A program made the position numbers and the translations under genes. From positions 62,001 to 126,000 of the forward strand of contig JAXLNO010003642.1 in NCBI GenBank assembly GCA_038087875.1: a DNA stretch of 64,000 nt. The letters run 5' to 3'. Of the stretch, positions 24,283 through 37,930 are shown one piece after another. Origin of the DNA: Malacoraja senta (Eukaryota). Within the stretch, counting starts at the first letter, position 1, and each line of letters opens with the position of its first letter. The notes under the pieces are model-generated. The model had not been told where the DNA came from. It searched no databases and worked only from the letters and a program-made list of their open reading frames with translations.

Positions 24283-26172
24283 CTTTGGTATGAAAACGCT
24301 AAAGCCGCCTTTGGTTTGAAAACGCTAATGTTGCCTTTGGTTTGAAAACGCTAAAGCCGCCTTTGGTTTGAAAACGCTAAAGCCGCCTTTGGTTTGAAAA
24401 CGCTAAAGCCGCCTTTGGTTTGAAAACAGCTAAAGCTGCCTTTGGTTTGAAAACAGCTAAAGCTGTCTCGTTTGAAAACGCTAATGCTGCCTATGGTTTG
24501 AAAACGCTAAAGTTGCCTAAGGTTTTAAAACGCTATGTGGACAAAAGTGCTGGAGAAACTCAGCGGGTGTAGCAGCATCTATGGAGCGAAGGAAATGGGC
24601 AACGTTCCAAAACGCTATCGTTGCCTAAGGTTTGAAAACGCTAAAGTTGCCTTTGGTTTCTATTACTGGGCGACTAATATCAAAAACGTAATCTACTGGA
24701 TGGATGACACATGCCAACAGGTAAACTGGTTAAAAATGGAGAGGGAAGATTGTTTGCCTTTTAATATAGCGCAATTCTTCTTTCTCCAACACATCTGAAT
24801 AAATCAATGTATGAGCAAAATCCGATAATACACAGTACCCTACGCATTTGGAAACAGGTGAAATCAAACCTCAAACTGAGAAATTTCTCTCTCCTTTTAC
24901 CAATCGCTAATAAACCCTCGTTTAAACCGTCTAATTTAGATAAGGCGTTTGCACAATGGAAAAACTCAGGAATTTAAACGGTGGGAGATCTTTACGAGAA
25001 GGGGATTTTCCTCTCGTTTCAAGAATTACAGGAGAAATATCACTTGAAAGCAAGTAATTCTTTCAGATATCTTCAAATCCGAGACTATGTGAAAACATAT
25101 ACACAAGACTGTCACTCTATGGGTCCAGATATACTAGATGACTGCATGAATAGACATGTTGATACAAGCAAGTTAATATCCTACATTTACAATACTCTTT
25201 TAACTGCATACATCCCATCTTCTGAGAGGCATAGGCGAGCATGGGAATACAAATTGGGTTTATTAATTTCAAAAGATAGCTGGGAGGAAAGCCTTCTATA
25301 CATACACTACTGCTCTCTCAATGTTCGGCACTCCCTGATACAATTTAAAATACTGCATAGACTCTACTATTCAAAGACCAAATTAAACAAGATCTTCCCA
25401 AATGTCTCTCCTATTTGTGATAAATGTCTCTTCCAAAAAGCGACTATAACCCATTCATTTTCCTCCTGTATAAAGTTACAAAACTTCTGGAGGGGAATAT
25501 TTGATATCTTCTCCAAAATACTTAACATTAAATTGGAACCAGATATAAAACGGATCACTTTAGGTATGTCAGATGCCTGCTCTAAATTAACGACATTCCA
25601 AAGACGTTTCCTCAACTATGGCCTAATAACGGCGAAAAAATTAATACTCAAATTCTGGAAACAGATAACAGTCCCTACAGTGAAGATGTGGATTACTGAT
25701 GAGTCCGATACACAACATTTGGAAAATATTAGGTTTGTCTTGGCGGGAAAAGCAGATCAATTTCTTAAGACATGGTTCCCTTTTACTGAAATTCTGCAAC
25801 AACAGAATGGTTAAACACAAATTTAAACCCGATGCCAGGGATAGGTGAGGGGGGAAGGTATATTTCCTTTTTTTTTCTTATTTCTTTTCTTTCTCTTGCA
25901 CTTCTTTGGTACCTTAGGGTCTATTTTCTAGCTTGTTCTTATTTTACTTCTCTTTTGTCATTCTTTTATTTTCTCTCTCTTTTTTTTCGATTTAGGTTCT
26001 AACGTTAAAAATGAAGCTGTACAATAATTGTATAAGTGTTATGTTGATTGCCTTATCCTTGTATAATCGCTTCTAATAAAAGAAATTCAAAAATAAATAA
26101 ACCCGCTAAAGCTGCCTTTGCTTTCAAACCGCTAAAGCTGCCTTTGGTTTCAAAATGCTAAAGCTGCCTTTA
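24283..26172. repeat. 26-bp minisatellite CTTTGGTTTGAAAACGCTAAAGCCGC, interrupted by a Penelope piece and an L1
   Basis: About 10 units at 24283-24535, about 2 at 24608-24657 and about 3 at 26100-26172. Confidence 0.9.
24658..26098 (+). mobile_element. L1 LINE 3-prime fragment (ORF2 C-terminus, zf-RVT region)
   Basis: YYWAT, FRYLQIRDY, LIQFKILHR and CDKC..HSF..C; T-rich UTR, AATAAA and A-rich tail. Confidence 0.9.
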
Positions 26173-27117
26173 GACAATAGATAATAGACAAGAGACAATA
26201 GGTGCAGGAGTAGGCCATTTGGCCCTTCGAGCCAGCACCGCCATTCAATGTGATCATGGCAGATCATCCCCAATCAGTACCCCGTTCCTGCCTTCTCCCC
26301 ATATCCCTTGACTCCGCTATTTTAAGAGCCCTATTTAGTTCTCTCTTGAAAGCATCCAGAGAAACTGCCTCTACCGCCCTCTGAGGCAGAGAATTCCACA
26401 GGCTCACCACTCTCTGTGAGAAATAGTGTTTCCTCGTCTCCGTTCAAATGGCTAACTCCTTATTCTTAAACTGTGGCTTCTGGACTCCCCCCAACATCGG
26501 GAACATGTTTCCTGCCTCTAGCATGTCCAAGCCCTTAACAATGTTATATGTTACAATGAGATGCCCTCTCATCCTTCTAAACTCCAGAGTGTACAAGCCC
26601 AGCTGCTCCATTCTCTCAGCATATGACAGTTCCGCCATCCCGGGAATTAACCTTGTAAACCAACGCTGCACTCCCTCAATAGCAATAATGTCCTTCCTCA
26701 AATTAGGGGACCAAAACTGCACACAATACTCCAGGTGTGGTCTCACTAGGGCTCTGTACAACTGCAGAAGGACCTCTTTGCTCCTATATTCGATTCCTCT
26801 TGTTATAAAGGCCAACATGCCATTCGCTTTCTTCACTGCCTGCTGTACCTGCATGCATACTTTCATAGACTGATGAACAAGGACCCCCAGATCTCGTTGT
26901 ACTTCCTTTTCCCAACTTGACGCCATATAGATAGTAATCTGCTTTCCTGTTTTTGCTACCAAAGTGCGTAACCTCACATTTATCCGCATTAAACTCCATC
27001 TGCCATGCATCTGCCCACTCCTCCAACCTGTCCAAGTCACCCTGCATTCTCATAGCATCCTCCTCACAGTTCACACTGCCACCCATCTTTGTGTCATCTG
27101 CAAATTTGCTAATATTA
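26172..27117 (-). mobile_element. CR1 LINE 3-prime fragment
   Basis: [25 protein letters not shown]; UTR and CAATAGA-type tail at 26172-26200. Confidence 0.9.
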
Positions 27118-28134
27118 AAAACATAGAAACATAGAAAATAGGTACAGGAGGAGGCCATTCGGCCCTTTGAGCCAGCACCGCCATTCATTGTGGTCATGTC
27201 CCCTATCAATAACCCGTGCCTGCCTTCTCCCCATATCCCTTGACTCCACTAGCCCCTAGAGCTCTATCTAACTCTCTCTTAAATCCATCTAGTGACTTGG
27301 CCTCCACTGCCCTCTGTGGCAGGGAATTCCATAAATTCACAACTCTCTGGGTGAAAACTTTTTTCTCACCTCAGTCTTAAATGACCTCCCCTTTATTCTA
27401 AGACTGTGGCCCCTGTTTCTGGACTCGCCCAACATTGGGAATATTTTTCCTGCATCTTGCTTGTCCTGTCCTTTTATAATTTTATATGTTTCTATAAGAT
27501 TCCCCCTCATCCTTCTAAACTCTAGTGAATACAAGCCTAGTCTTGTCAATCTTTCCTCATATGACAATCCCGCCATCCCAGGGATCAATCTCTTGATCCT
27601 ACGCTGCACTGCCTCAATCACAAGGATGTCCTTCCACAAATTAGGAGACCAAAACTGTACACAATACTCCAGATGTGGTCTCACCAGAGCCCTATACAAC
27701 TGCAGAAGAACCTCTCTACCCCTATACTGAAATCCTCTTGTTATGAAGGCCACCATTCCATTAGTTTTCTTCACTGCCTGCTGTACCTGTAAGCCAACTT
27801 TCAGTGACCGGTGTACAAGGACGCCCAGGTCTCGCTGCACCTCCCCCTTACCTAACCTAACCTAACCCCATTGAGATAATAATCTGCCCCCTTGTTTTTG
27901 CTGCCAAAGTGGATAACCTCACATTTATATATATTATACTGCATCTGCCACGCATCTGCCCACTCACTCAACCTGTCCAGGTCAACCTGCAACCTCCTAA
28001 CATCCTCTTCACAGTTCACACTGCCACCCAGCTTTGTGTCATCTGCAAACTTGCTAGTGTTGCTCCTAATTCCCTCTTCCAAATCATTAATATATATGGT
28101 AAACAATTGCGGCCCCAACACCGAGCCTTGCGGC

Positions 28135-31119
28135 CAGTGGCGGACTGGCCAGGGTGTCAGCTTGCCCGATGGCAAGTGGGCCCCCCCCATATCAAATAAA
28201 AATGCAATGTAGAACCAAACACAGATAACTGTTTTAGTAATGAAAAGGAATAAGATGTATCTGGCAGCTAGGATTACTCTGAAAGTTTAATTTTAAAAAT
28301 ATCCACGGTATCAACAGGGATGAACTACTTTTGAGCTAAAATTAGTCACAAAAATTAACATTCATTCAATCTCACAGGACTTATCTTATAATAATTAGTT
28401 ACAATATTCTCAGATTTTACCGCTCCAGTGTGATTTTTAATTCTTTGAAAAGGTTCTCCCAATACTTAAATGACACCAAATAATAATATACTCCCAAAAA
28501 ATTTTGGTTGGCAAGTGAGAAAATGTTGTATCAAAGATTTGTCCGTATTTTTGTCACACACACTTGAAAAGCCTCAGCCTGCCCCCCCCCCCCCGCTCTT
28601 ATTGAAGAGATGTTTAATTTTTTGAGTTTTTGTATATGTATAAAAGATCATTGTTGCATATAACATCTTGTTGCATCATTCACCAGGCGGCCAGACGTGG
28701 CGTGGCTCCTTTACCATTCTTTTTATATAGTTTTTCAAGTTTCGTAAAAAAAAATTATCGGTAAACAATATCCAAATTCAGCTACATGTGAGTTCAAATT
28801 TAGATATTAGAAAAACATAATTGTTACACCAGGGTAGGCTCCAGTTATCCATAGTAATTATCTGGTTATCAGTGACTGCATTGAAAATATTATATGAAAA
28901 GTTAATGAAGCCTGTTCTTCAGCATATGTGCTTAAACATAAGTTATTGTTAAAGCTATGTGAGAGGTATTATCAATACTCAGGATTTTTTCATATATATA
29001 TTCTTGTGAATCATTGTTCTCAGTGATGAACATTAAGTATCGTAATAGTAATAGCCTTACAGATGAAACTAGTAGTGCTTGAATATCTCTCAAGGTTAAC
29101 AAATATAAACCGGATATAAAATATGAGTCATCAGCGATGCAGCAGCAGGTCTCATTGATGCTAAATGTATAAAATGTCCACAATTATTATTGGGTATGTG
29201 CTTAAAGGTATTATCTGTGAGCGACTACTTTCAGTTGTGCCAAGTAATGATGGTACAGGACAGGGACTTTTTGATCTATTGATTGAAACATTACAGCATC
29301 TTAAAATTGACCCCCAAAAATGTTTATCTGATAGCACAGATGGCACTGCAAGCTACCATGGCCAGTATAATGGTTTACAAGGTAAAATTGCTGATGTGGC
29401 TGATCAACATGTTCATATACAATACAATACAATACGGTTTTATTCGTCACATTGCACATAAAGTGCAAGTGAAATGGTGCAATGCCCATGTCTTGAATTT
29501 GGTGATAGCTGAAACAACAAAATGTTGTGAGCCTGCAGTTTCTTTTTTCAATTTGCTCCAGAATAGAGCAACTTTTGTGAAAGCATCATACAAGAGAATG
29601 GCCGTATGGATAGAAGTTGTTGGAAAACATCTAGGATAAGAAAAAATGAAACGATTAAAGCTAATTGGTGAGACCAGATGGTCAGGAAAATCCAATGCAG
29701 CAACAACTATATTTGGAAGTTTTGATGATGCCGCTGCCAGTACTTTCGTAAATCTATTGACATGATTATCAATGATACAAGATTCAGAAAAGTTTGATGC
29801 AAAAACAAAACATGAAGCAAATGTTTTACTTCAAAGTCTTCTAAAGTTTGAAACCATATTGACAGCATTTATTTACTTGTATATATTTGAAACTACAACC
29901 CCATTATCAAGTTATCTACGGACAAGTGGTTTAGATGTGTTTACTGCATGGAGTTTGGTAGATTCAGCTACAACAAAGTTGAAGGAACAGACAAGAACAT
30001 TTAATAACGTTCACAGCAAGGCTTTGGAATTTGTAAAGAAATGTAATGACAGGATTTCACAGATGAATATGGATGAAAATCAAACATTGGAAATTATTGC
30101 GTTGGAAACAGCATTGCCAGTTAAGAGGCAGAGGAAGAAGAAAAGAATGGCAGATGAGCTTATTGATGATGAAAGAAATTCCTCAGATTCTCTAGCTGAT
30201 TTTTGAGTAAATGTGTTTAACCCAATAATGGATCGCATTGTCCAGTCACTAGAATCACGCTTTGTACAACACAAACAGTTGTATAAAGATGTGTCCTGCT
30301 TGGACCCAGCAAAGTTTAAAACTATTGCAGAGAAGGGCCTTGAAGATGAAGCATTGGAAGGCATTATTAAGCTGTTTCCACAAATCAGCAAAGATCAAGT
30401 AATATTGGAATTGTTTTCTTTTGCTTCAAACTTTGATGTATTAAAGTTGCTTAATGATGGTGAGAATATGGATTCCAGTTGCAACAATTGTAAAATGTGC
30501 AGCACTTGCCCATCGAGTGTACTAAACATTCTGGCATCCAACAGACTTCATGACTTGATAAAGGCATATGATAACCTTTATCAACTTTATAAAGTCATCT
30601 GCACACTATCAGTTACTCAAGTCCAATGTGAGAGGACATTTTCAAAGCTAAAGATCATAAAGACAAGGTTAAGAAATTCGCTGTCTGAGGGGAATTTGGA
30701 ATGATACATGTTGCTAACCATTGAAAAGGAATTGTTAGATGAATTGGATGCAGAAGCAATTATTAGCAGATTCGCACAATCATCTAGCGAACACAAACGA
30801 TTGCTCTTAATATAGTGGACTGCATGCAATGCTCTATTGTGCTTTTCAACTATCTGTTAATGTGTAAATTGTGCAGTAAATTATTTAAAAATATCAACCA
30901 ATTATTTAAAATTAAAAAAAAATTAAATTATAACATTCTGTATTTACATTCGGTATCTACTGCCAGTAATATGTACAGTACATGTACACTGTAATTACTA
31001 AGAACCATTTTTTTCACAAACATTTTAAATTGTACCCTTTTTTCCATATGTATTTTTTGAAAAATTTATTTATTCGTCGTCTCCTGGCCACCAATATTTT
31101 TAGACCCAGTCCGCCACTG
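28135..31119 (+). mobile_element. hAT DNA transposon, 2985 bp
   Basis: Perfect 14-bp TIR CAGTGGCGGACTGG and perfect 8-bp TSD CTTGCGGC (28127-28134 and 31120-31127). Confidence 0.95.
29180..30815 (+). pseudogene. hAT transposase (ZMYM1-like family), C-terminal two thirds, disabled
   Basis: STDG, WCNAHVLNL, ETRW and CERTFSKLKIIKTRLRNSL (hAT dimerisation motif). Stops at 29637, 30204 and 30702, a frameshift and a 55-nt insertion. Confidence 0.9.
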
Positions 31120-34109
31120 CTTGCGGCACTCCACTCGCCACTTCCTGCCATTCTGAAAAGGACCCGTTCACTCCTACTCTTTGCTTCCGGTCTGCCAACC
31201 AATTTTCTATCCATGTCAACACCTTACCCCCAATACCATGTGCTCTAATTTTAGTCACCAGTGTCCCGTGCGGGACCTTATCAAAGGCTTTCTGAAAGTC
31301 CAGGTACACTACATCCACTGGCACCCCTTCATCCATTTTACTTGTCACATCCTCAAAAAATTCCAGAAGATTAGTCAAGCATGATTTCCCTTTCATAAAT
31401 CCATGTTGACGGACTAATCCTTTTACTGCTATCCAAATGCCCCATTATTACCTCTTTAATAATTGACTCCAGCATCTTTCCCACCACCGAAGTCAGGCTA
31501 ACTGGTCTGTAATTCCCCGTTTTCTCTCTCGCTCCTTTCTTGAAAAGTGGGATAACATTAGCTATCCTCCAATCCACAGGAACTGATCCTGAATCTATTG
31601 AACATTGGAAAATGATCACCAATGCATCCACTATTTATAGAGCCACCCCCCTGAGGACCCTGGGATGCAGACCATCAGGTCCAGGGGATTTATGATCCTT
31701 CAATCCCATTAGCCTACCCAATACTATTTCTCGCCTAATGAAAATGTATTTCAGTTCCTCTACCCCCTTAGATCCTCTGTCCTCCAGTACACCTGGGAGA
31801 TTGTTTGTGTCTTCCTTAGTGAAGACAGATCCGAAGTACCTATTCAACTCTTCTGCCATTTCCTTGTTGCCCATAATAATTTCACCCGTGTCTGCCTTCA
31901 AGGGACCCACGTTTGACTTTGCTACCGTTTTTCCCTTAACATCTTTAAGCTTCTTTACTCAATACTCTGACTGATGAAGGACAAAGTGCCAAAATATTTT
32001 TTGACCACCTGATATACCAGCGACTCAACCTTCAAGGAACCATGCAACCATCAGCCATTCCTCTGCCCACCTGGCTAATTGATCGAGATCCTGCTGCAAT
32101 CTTTCACAACCATCTTCACTATTTGCAAATCCACTCACTTCTGTATCATCAGCAAACTTGCTAATCTTGCCCTGTTCTGTGACGTTTCACAGAGTGCTGG
32201 AGTAACTCAGCGGGCCAGGCTGAGTACAGAAGTTGGGAGGTCATGTTGCAGTTGTAGAAGTAGTTGATGAGGCCGCATTCAGAGTATTGTATTCAGTTCT
32301 GGGCACCATGTAATAGGAAAGATGTCATCAAACTGGAAAGGGTACAGTGAAGATTTACGAGGATGTTGCCAGGCCTAGAGGGCCAGAGCTGTAGGGAGAG
32401 GTTGAGTAGGCTGTGACTCTATTTGATGGAGCACATGAGGATGAGGGATGATCTAATAGAGGTTTATAAAATCATGATTTGAATAGATATGGTTGAGTCT
32501 TTTGCACAGAGTAGGTGAATCGAGGAGCAGAGGACATAAGTTAAGGTGAAGGGGAAAAGATTTAATAGGAATCTGACAGGTATATTGTTCACACAAAGGG
32601 TGGTAGGTGTATGGAACAAGCTGCCAGAGGAGGTAGTTGAGGCGGGGACTATCGCAACATTTAAGAAACACTTAGACAGGTACATGGATAGGACAGGTTC
32701 GGAGGGATATGGATCAAATGTGGACAGGAGGGACTAGTGTAGATGGGACATGCTGGGCCGAAGGGCCTGTTTCCACACTGTATCTCTCTATGACTCTATC
32801 TATCTTTCCCTCTCAAACCCATTCTCCTGCCTTCTCCCCATTACCTCTGACACCTGTATCAATCAAGAATCTATCAATCTCCTGAAAAATGTCCATTGAC
32901 TTGACCTCCACAGTTGTCTGTGGCAATGAATTCCACAGTTCACCACCTTCTGACTTAAGAAATTCCTGCTCATCTCCTTCCTAAAGGAATGTATTTTAAT
33001 TCTGAGGCTGTGGCCACTGGTCCTAGACTCTCCCACTAGTGGAAACATCCTCTCCACATCCACTCCATCCAGGTTTTTACCAGACTGGGACAGACGGCAA
33101 CAGCTTCACACCGTGTCCCAAAGCTTGTGTCCTGTCCTGCGTCACCCAGGCAGCAGATACATTATAGGAGAGGGCAAGCACCGTAACAAGTTAGTTCACG
33201 ATGGTTTGGGTAACATTCAGGAATGTCTATGCATGTCACATCATGAATATAACTGAAGAAGGGTCTTGACCCGAAATATAATCTATACCGTTTCTCCAGA
33301 GATGCTGCCTGACTCACTGAGTTACTCCAGCACTTTGTCTATTTTCCCTTCACCCATCTGCCCAAGCCCACTCTCCCCTCTCCTTTCCTATGTTCCTTTC
33401 CACCCATAAACCTCTCTCTGCCTTTACATTTCACTCCTCTGTCAAATCTGCTCTACTTATCTACATGCATTTTTCTTCTTAACTTTTTAGTCATAGAATG
33501 ATGCAGTGTGGAAACAGGCCCTTCAGCCCAACTTGCCCACACCAACCAACATGTCCCATCTACACTAGTCCCACTCACATGCGTGTGGCCCATATCCATG
33601 TAAACCTGTCCTATCGATGTACGTGTCCAAATGTCTCTTAAACATTAGGATAGTCCCAGCCTTAACTACCTCCTCTGGCAGCTTGTTCCATACACCCACC
33701 ACCCTTTGTGTGAAAAAGCTAACTCTCAGATTCCTGTTAATTTCTGAAATATTGGTCATGAATTTGATGCGAAAATGCTCCAAAATAAGGCTCAGAATGC
33801 ATCAGAGAGCATCTAAAACCCCTGAGCTTCCAGGGCCCTTAAGCGGGCCCTGGACCGCGGCATCGAGGGACTTCACGCTTCACGCTTGTGATGTGCACAG
33901 CGCGCACATTATTTCACATTACAATCTTTTTGTGATCCTGTCATGCCACCCCCCTTTTTGAAAAGCTTCGTACGGGCCTGAGTTAGGAAGGCATGTTGGT
34001 GCTTTACAGGTCATCAGCCACTGTGTAGCACTGGGAGATGGTACTGGTGAGTACAGTTTAGTCCTGGCACAGCAGTGTGTACTGATAGGGACAGATCTAT
34101 CACTGCATA

Positions 34110-34790
34110 ACAGAGAATGCTGGAGAAACTCAAGAGGTCAGGCAGCATCTGTGGAGTGAATGGACAGACAACATTTTTAGTTGGGACTATTCTTCACACG
34201 GATTGTAGTATGGGGGGAGAAAGCTGGAAAAGAAAGCTGCCGTCCAAAAAAGAAAACTTGAATAAGCCCTTGATATAAGCCTGGCCGATTGTTTCACTGA
34301 ACACCTTCACTCATTCCGCCTGGACCTACCTGATCTCCCGGTTCCCAAACACTTTACTTCCCCTTCCCATTCCCACACTGACCTTTCAGTCCTGGGCCTC
34401 CTCTTTTGTCAGAGTGAGGCCAAACGCAAATTAGAGGAACAGCATCTCATATTTCACTTGGGCAGATTACAACCAGTGGTATGAATATTGAGTTCTCTGA
34501 CTTCGTAATCCCTGCATTCCCTCTCTATCCATCCCTCCCCCACCCAAGTCGTACCAGCTTCAAAGTCCCTTCTCACCTAACAAACAGCTAACAATGGCCT
34601 GTTTTCTTTATCATCATTACTTTTGTGCATATCTTTCATTGATTTGATCTATAGCTCTCTACATCACCGTCTATATCTCCCGTTTCCCTTTCCCCAGTCT
34701 GAAGAAGGGTCTCAACCCGAAATGTCACCTTTTCTCCAGAGATGCTATCTGACCCGGTGAGTTACTCCAGCTTTTTGTGTCTATCTTCAG
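34110..34790 (+). mobile_element. Penelope-like element end: GIY-YIG C-terminus, pyrimidine tract, hammerhead-like motif, inverted terminal arm
   Basis: DCFTEHL..PDLPVPKHF..LSVLGLL..KLEEQHLIFHLG..NIEFS, then CTGAAGAAGGGTCTCAACCCGAAAT at ~34697. Confidence 0.8.
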
Positions 34791-34961
34791 TGTAAGCTAT
34801 AGCTTGCAAAAGGGTGGTTAATAAATATTATGTGAATGCTGCAGTGGGATTAAACAATGTCGACAATTGATGCGTAACTGACAGGAAGCAAAACTTTTTG
34901 TAAAATATCTCCTTTGTTCTGGAGGTGCATAACAATGTTGTCACTGCCCCTGTAGCATCTG

Positions 34962-34975
34962 GTGCCCTCTTGTGG
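34962..34975 (-). promoter_or_regulatory. CTCF-like motif
   Basis: Minus strand CCACAAGAGGGCAC in non-repetitive-looking sequence. Confidence 0.4.
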
Positions 34976-35489
34976 TCAAAGTGACAGTAATCTGGAGGTT
35001 GCTGTCCACAGATATTTTATTACAAATTTGGAACAAACAAAACTGATGCTGGGTCTCATCCCGGAATGTCAATAATTTCCTCCCTCCCCACAGATGCTGC
35101 TCGACCGCTGAGTTCCCCTAGGCTCCAGCAGTTTGTTTGTTGCTCCACATTATGAGAGGCGTAGACAGTCAGAACCATTTCACCAGTTTGGAAATGCTCA
35201 ACCTTAGAGGCCAGAGCTAGAAAGTGAAAGGGGGAAGGTTTAATGGAGAAGTAGAGGGCATGTTTCTTTATACAGTGGGCGGGCGGGGGGGGGGCTGGAA
35301 CGCACTGTATGGGTGGTGGTAGTGCAGATATGATAGTAGGATTTAAGAGACTTTCAGATAGGCACATGGAAGTGCGGGGAATAGAGGGATATGGGTCATG
35401 TACAGGCAGATAAGATCAGTTTAAGTAGGCATCATGTTGGCACAAACATTGTGGGCCAAAGGGCCATATTGTTCTATTCTAAATTTAAT

Positions 35490-35808
35490 TTCATTTTGTT
35501 TAGTTTTAGAGATACAGCGCTGAAATAGTCCCTACTTCCTACTGAGTCCGCGCCGACCAGCGATCCCCATACACCAGCACCATCCGACACAGGTGAGACA
35601 ATTTACCATTGTTTTTACCGAAGGACAATAACTTACAAACCTGTATGTCTTTGGAGTGTGGGAGGAAATCAGAGCTCCCGGAGAAATCCCATGTGATCAC
35701 GGGGAGAACATACAAACTCCTTACTGACAGCACCCGTTGTCAGGATCGAACCCGGGTCTCTGGCGCTGTAAGGCAGCAGCTCCACCTCTGCGCCATTGTG
35801 CCACCCCT
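35490..35808 (-). mobile_element. HE1-type SINE, full length
   Basis: tRNA head, body and (AAACT)n-like tail. Confidence 0.8.
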
Positions 35809-35859
35809 AAATATGTTCACTATTCTATTGCAGAATCTCCAATCTCTCCCTCAATGTCA

Positions 35860-36432
35860 GCAAAGTGAATTTAAAGGAGGTAGTTATCGACTGCTGGAAG
35901 GAAGATGGTGTTCTAGCCATAAGCTTCTGGGATGCACCGCAGCGGCAGAAGCAAATTACCACGGATCGACCAGGCGGCCGCCGAGAACAAAGATAGACTC
36001 GGCCGGTCGCCTGTAGCCATATGTGCCGGCAGGTTTGGTTCGCCGGTGTGAAGAGCAACCCGGTGGAAGCTGCTGAGCTTGGCCCCGAAACCCGGAGAGT
36101 CGTGGAGGAGGGAACCGCTGCCGCCGACGGACGCAAGGAGTGGGCCGCTAAGAGAGGGACTGAGGTATTACCTCCAGGATAGGGGTTGCCTCCCGGGACA
36201 CAGAGCCAGTTGGGCGACGAGAGGGACGTCAGTTGGCGGGCCGAGCTGGTCGAGGGTGACGGAGGTGGCCCCCCTGGCAATGAGCTAACCTGGATCGGGG
36301 GTCTCCAGTAAATCCAACATACAGACCGGACATTGGACTTTTTCATTTTCTTTTGTAAATACTGCCAAATTATGGCGACGGGAGCAAGAATTTCACTGTG
36401 CAGTGCACAAGTGACAATAAAGAATCATTGAC
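35860..36432 (+). mobile_element. CpG-rich non-autonomous retroelement with LINE-type tail
   Basis: Ends GTGACAATAAAGAATCATTGA; no recognisable protein. Confidence 0.45.
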
Positions 36433-36569
36433 ACATTGAAGTCAGAATCAATAGTGTAGAAGTGCGAGTGCTGAAGTGGGAATGGTGAAGAACTTCAAAT
36501 TCCTCGGCATGAACAACCTGTTGCATTTTAGTCACTGGGGCAGAACTTTGAAAATAATGAACGTTTAAC

Positions 36570-37050
36570 AATCCATCTGCAGCACTGATTAGAAACATAG
36601 AAAGCAGGTGCAGGAGTAGGTCATTAGGCCCTTCAAGCCAGCACCGTCATTCAATATGATCATGGCTGAGCATCCAGAATCAGTACCCTGTTCCTGCTTT
36701 CTCCCCATATCCCTTGATTCTGTAGCACTAAGATCTAACTCTCCCTTGAATACATCCAGTGAATTGCCTCCACTGCCTTCTGTGGCAGAGAATTCCACAG
36801 ATTCACAACTTTCTGGGAGAAAATGTTTTTCCTCATCTCAGTCCTAAATGGCCTACCCTTTATTCGTAAACTGTGACCCCTGGTTCTGGACTCCCCCAAT
36901 ATCGGGAAATTTTTTCCTGCATCTAACTGTCCAATCCCTAAGGAATTTTATGTCCCTAAGGAATTAATAAGATCCCATGTCATCCTAAATTCCAATGAAT
37001 ATAAGCCCAGTCAGTCCATTCTTTCATCACATGTTTGTCCTGCCATACCG
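36570..37050 (-). mobile_element. CR1 LINE 3-prime fragment
   Basis: Same UTR and tail as the other CR1 copies; partly inside the 562-bp duplication. Confidence 0.8.
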
Positions 37051-37930
37051 GGACAATAAATATTTTACTTTTTTATGAACAATATCCTTGATTTTATTGC
37101 TTTAAAAAAAAAATTATGTTCCAGTCCCACCACTAAGATTTTTGCTGTATAATTGTTTGGGTCCTTTCCGCCTTCAATCAATTGAAAGCCAGAGTGGTAA
37201 AGAAGCCATTATTCATAGCATTGAGTATAAGAGTCAGGAAGTCATATGCTGCTTTATGGAACTTCAAAGATAGACACAAAATGCTGGAGTAACTCAGCGG
37301 GACAGGCAGCATCTCTGGATAGAAGGAATGGGTGACATTTCTGGTTGAGTCCCTTCAGGCTGAAGAGGAACTTTCTGGGAGAAAATGTTTTTCCTCATCT
37401 CAGTCCTAAATGGCCTACCCTTTATTCGTAAACTGTGACCCCTGGTTCTGGACTCCCCCAATATCGGGAATTTTTTTCCTGCATCTAACTGTCCAATCCC
37501 TAAGGAATTTTATGTCCCTAAGGAATTATTAAGATCCCATGTCATCCTAAATTCCAATGAATATAAGCCCAGTCAGTCCATTCTTTCATCACATGTTTGT
37601 CCTGCCATACCGGGACAATAAATATTTTACTTTTTTATGAACAATATCCTTGATTTTATTGCTTTAAAAAAAAAATTCTGTTCCAGTCCCACCACTAAGA
37701 TTTTTGCTGTATAATTGTTTGGGTCCTTTCCGCCTTCAATCAATTGAAAGCCAGAGTGGTAAAGAAGCCATTATTCATAGCATTGAGTATAAGAGTCAGG
37801 AAGTCATATGCTGCTTTATGGAACTTCAAAGATAGACACAAAATGCTGGAGTAACTCAGCGGGACAGGCAGCATCTCTGGATAGAAGGAATGGGTGACAT
37901 TTCTGGTTGAGTCCCTTCAGGCTGAAGAGG
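36807..37930. repeat. 562-bp tandem duplication
   Basis: Copies 36807-37368 and 37369-37930; I count 3 substitutions by eye. Confidence 0.92.

Larger units (their letters stand above)
27120..31940 (-). mobile_element. CR1 LINE 3-prime fragment (RT), split by the hAT
   Basis: KGKSCLTNLLEFFEDV, YLDFQKAFDKVPH, SGVPQ|GSVLGP, SKFADDTK and [10 protein letters not shown]; 3-prime tail near 27120. Confidence 0.92.

Noticed and set aside
24283-24535. CRISPR-like appearance of the GTTTGAAAAC repeats
   Set aside because: Head-to-tail 26-bp units with no unique spacers, no cas genes, and a vertebrate context.
34010-34046. 37-nt + strand exon candidate (ttacag|...|GTGAGT)
   Set aside because: Good splice sites but no partner exon or homology; could only be an unproven 5-prime UTR exon.
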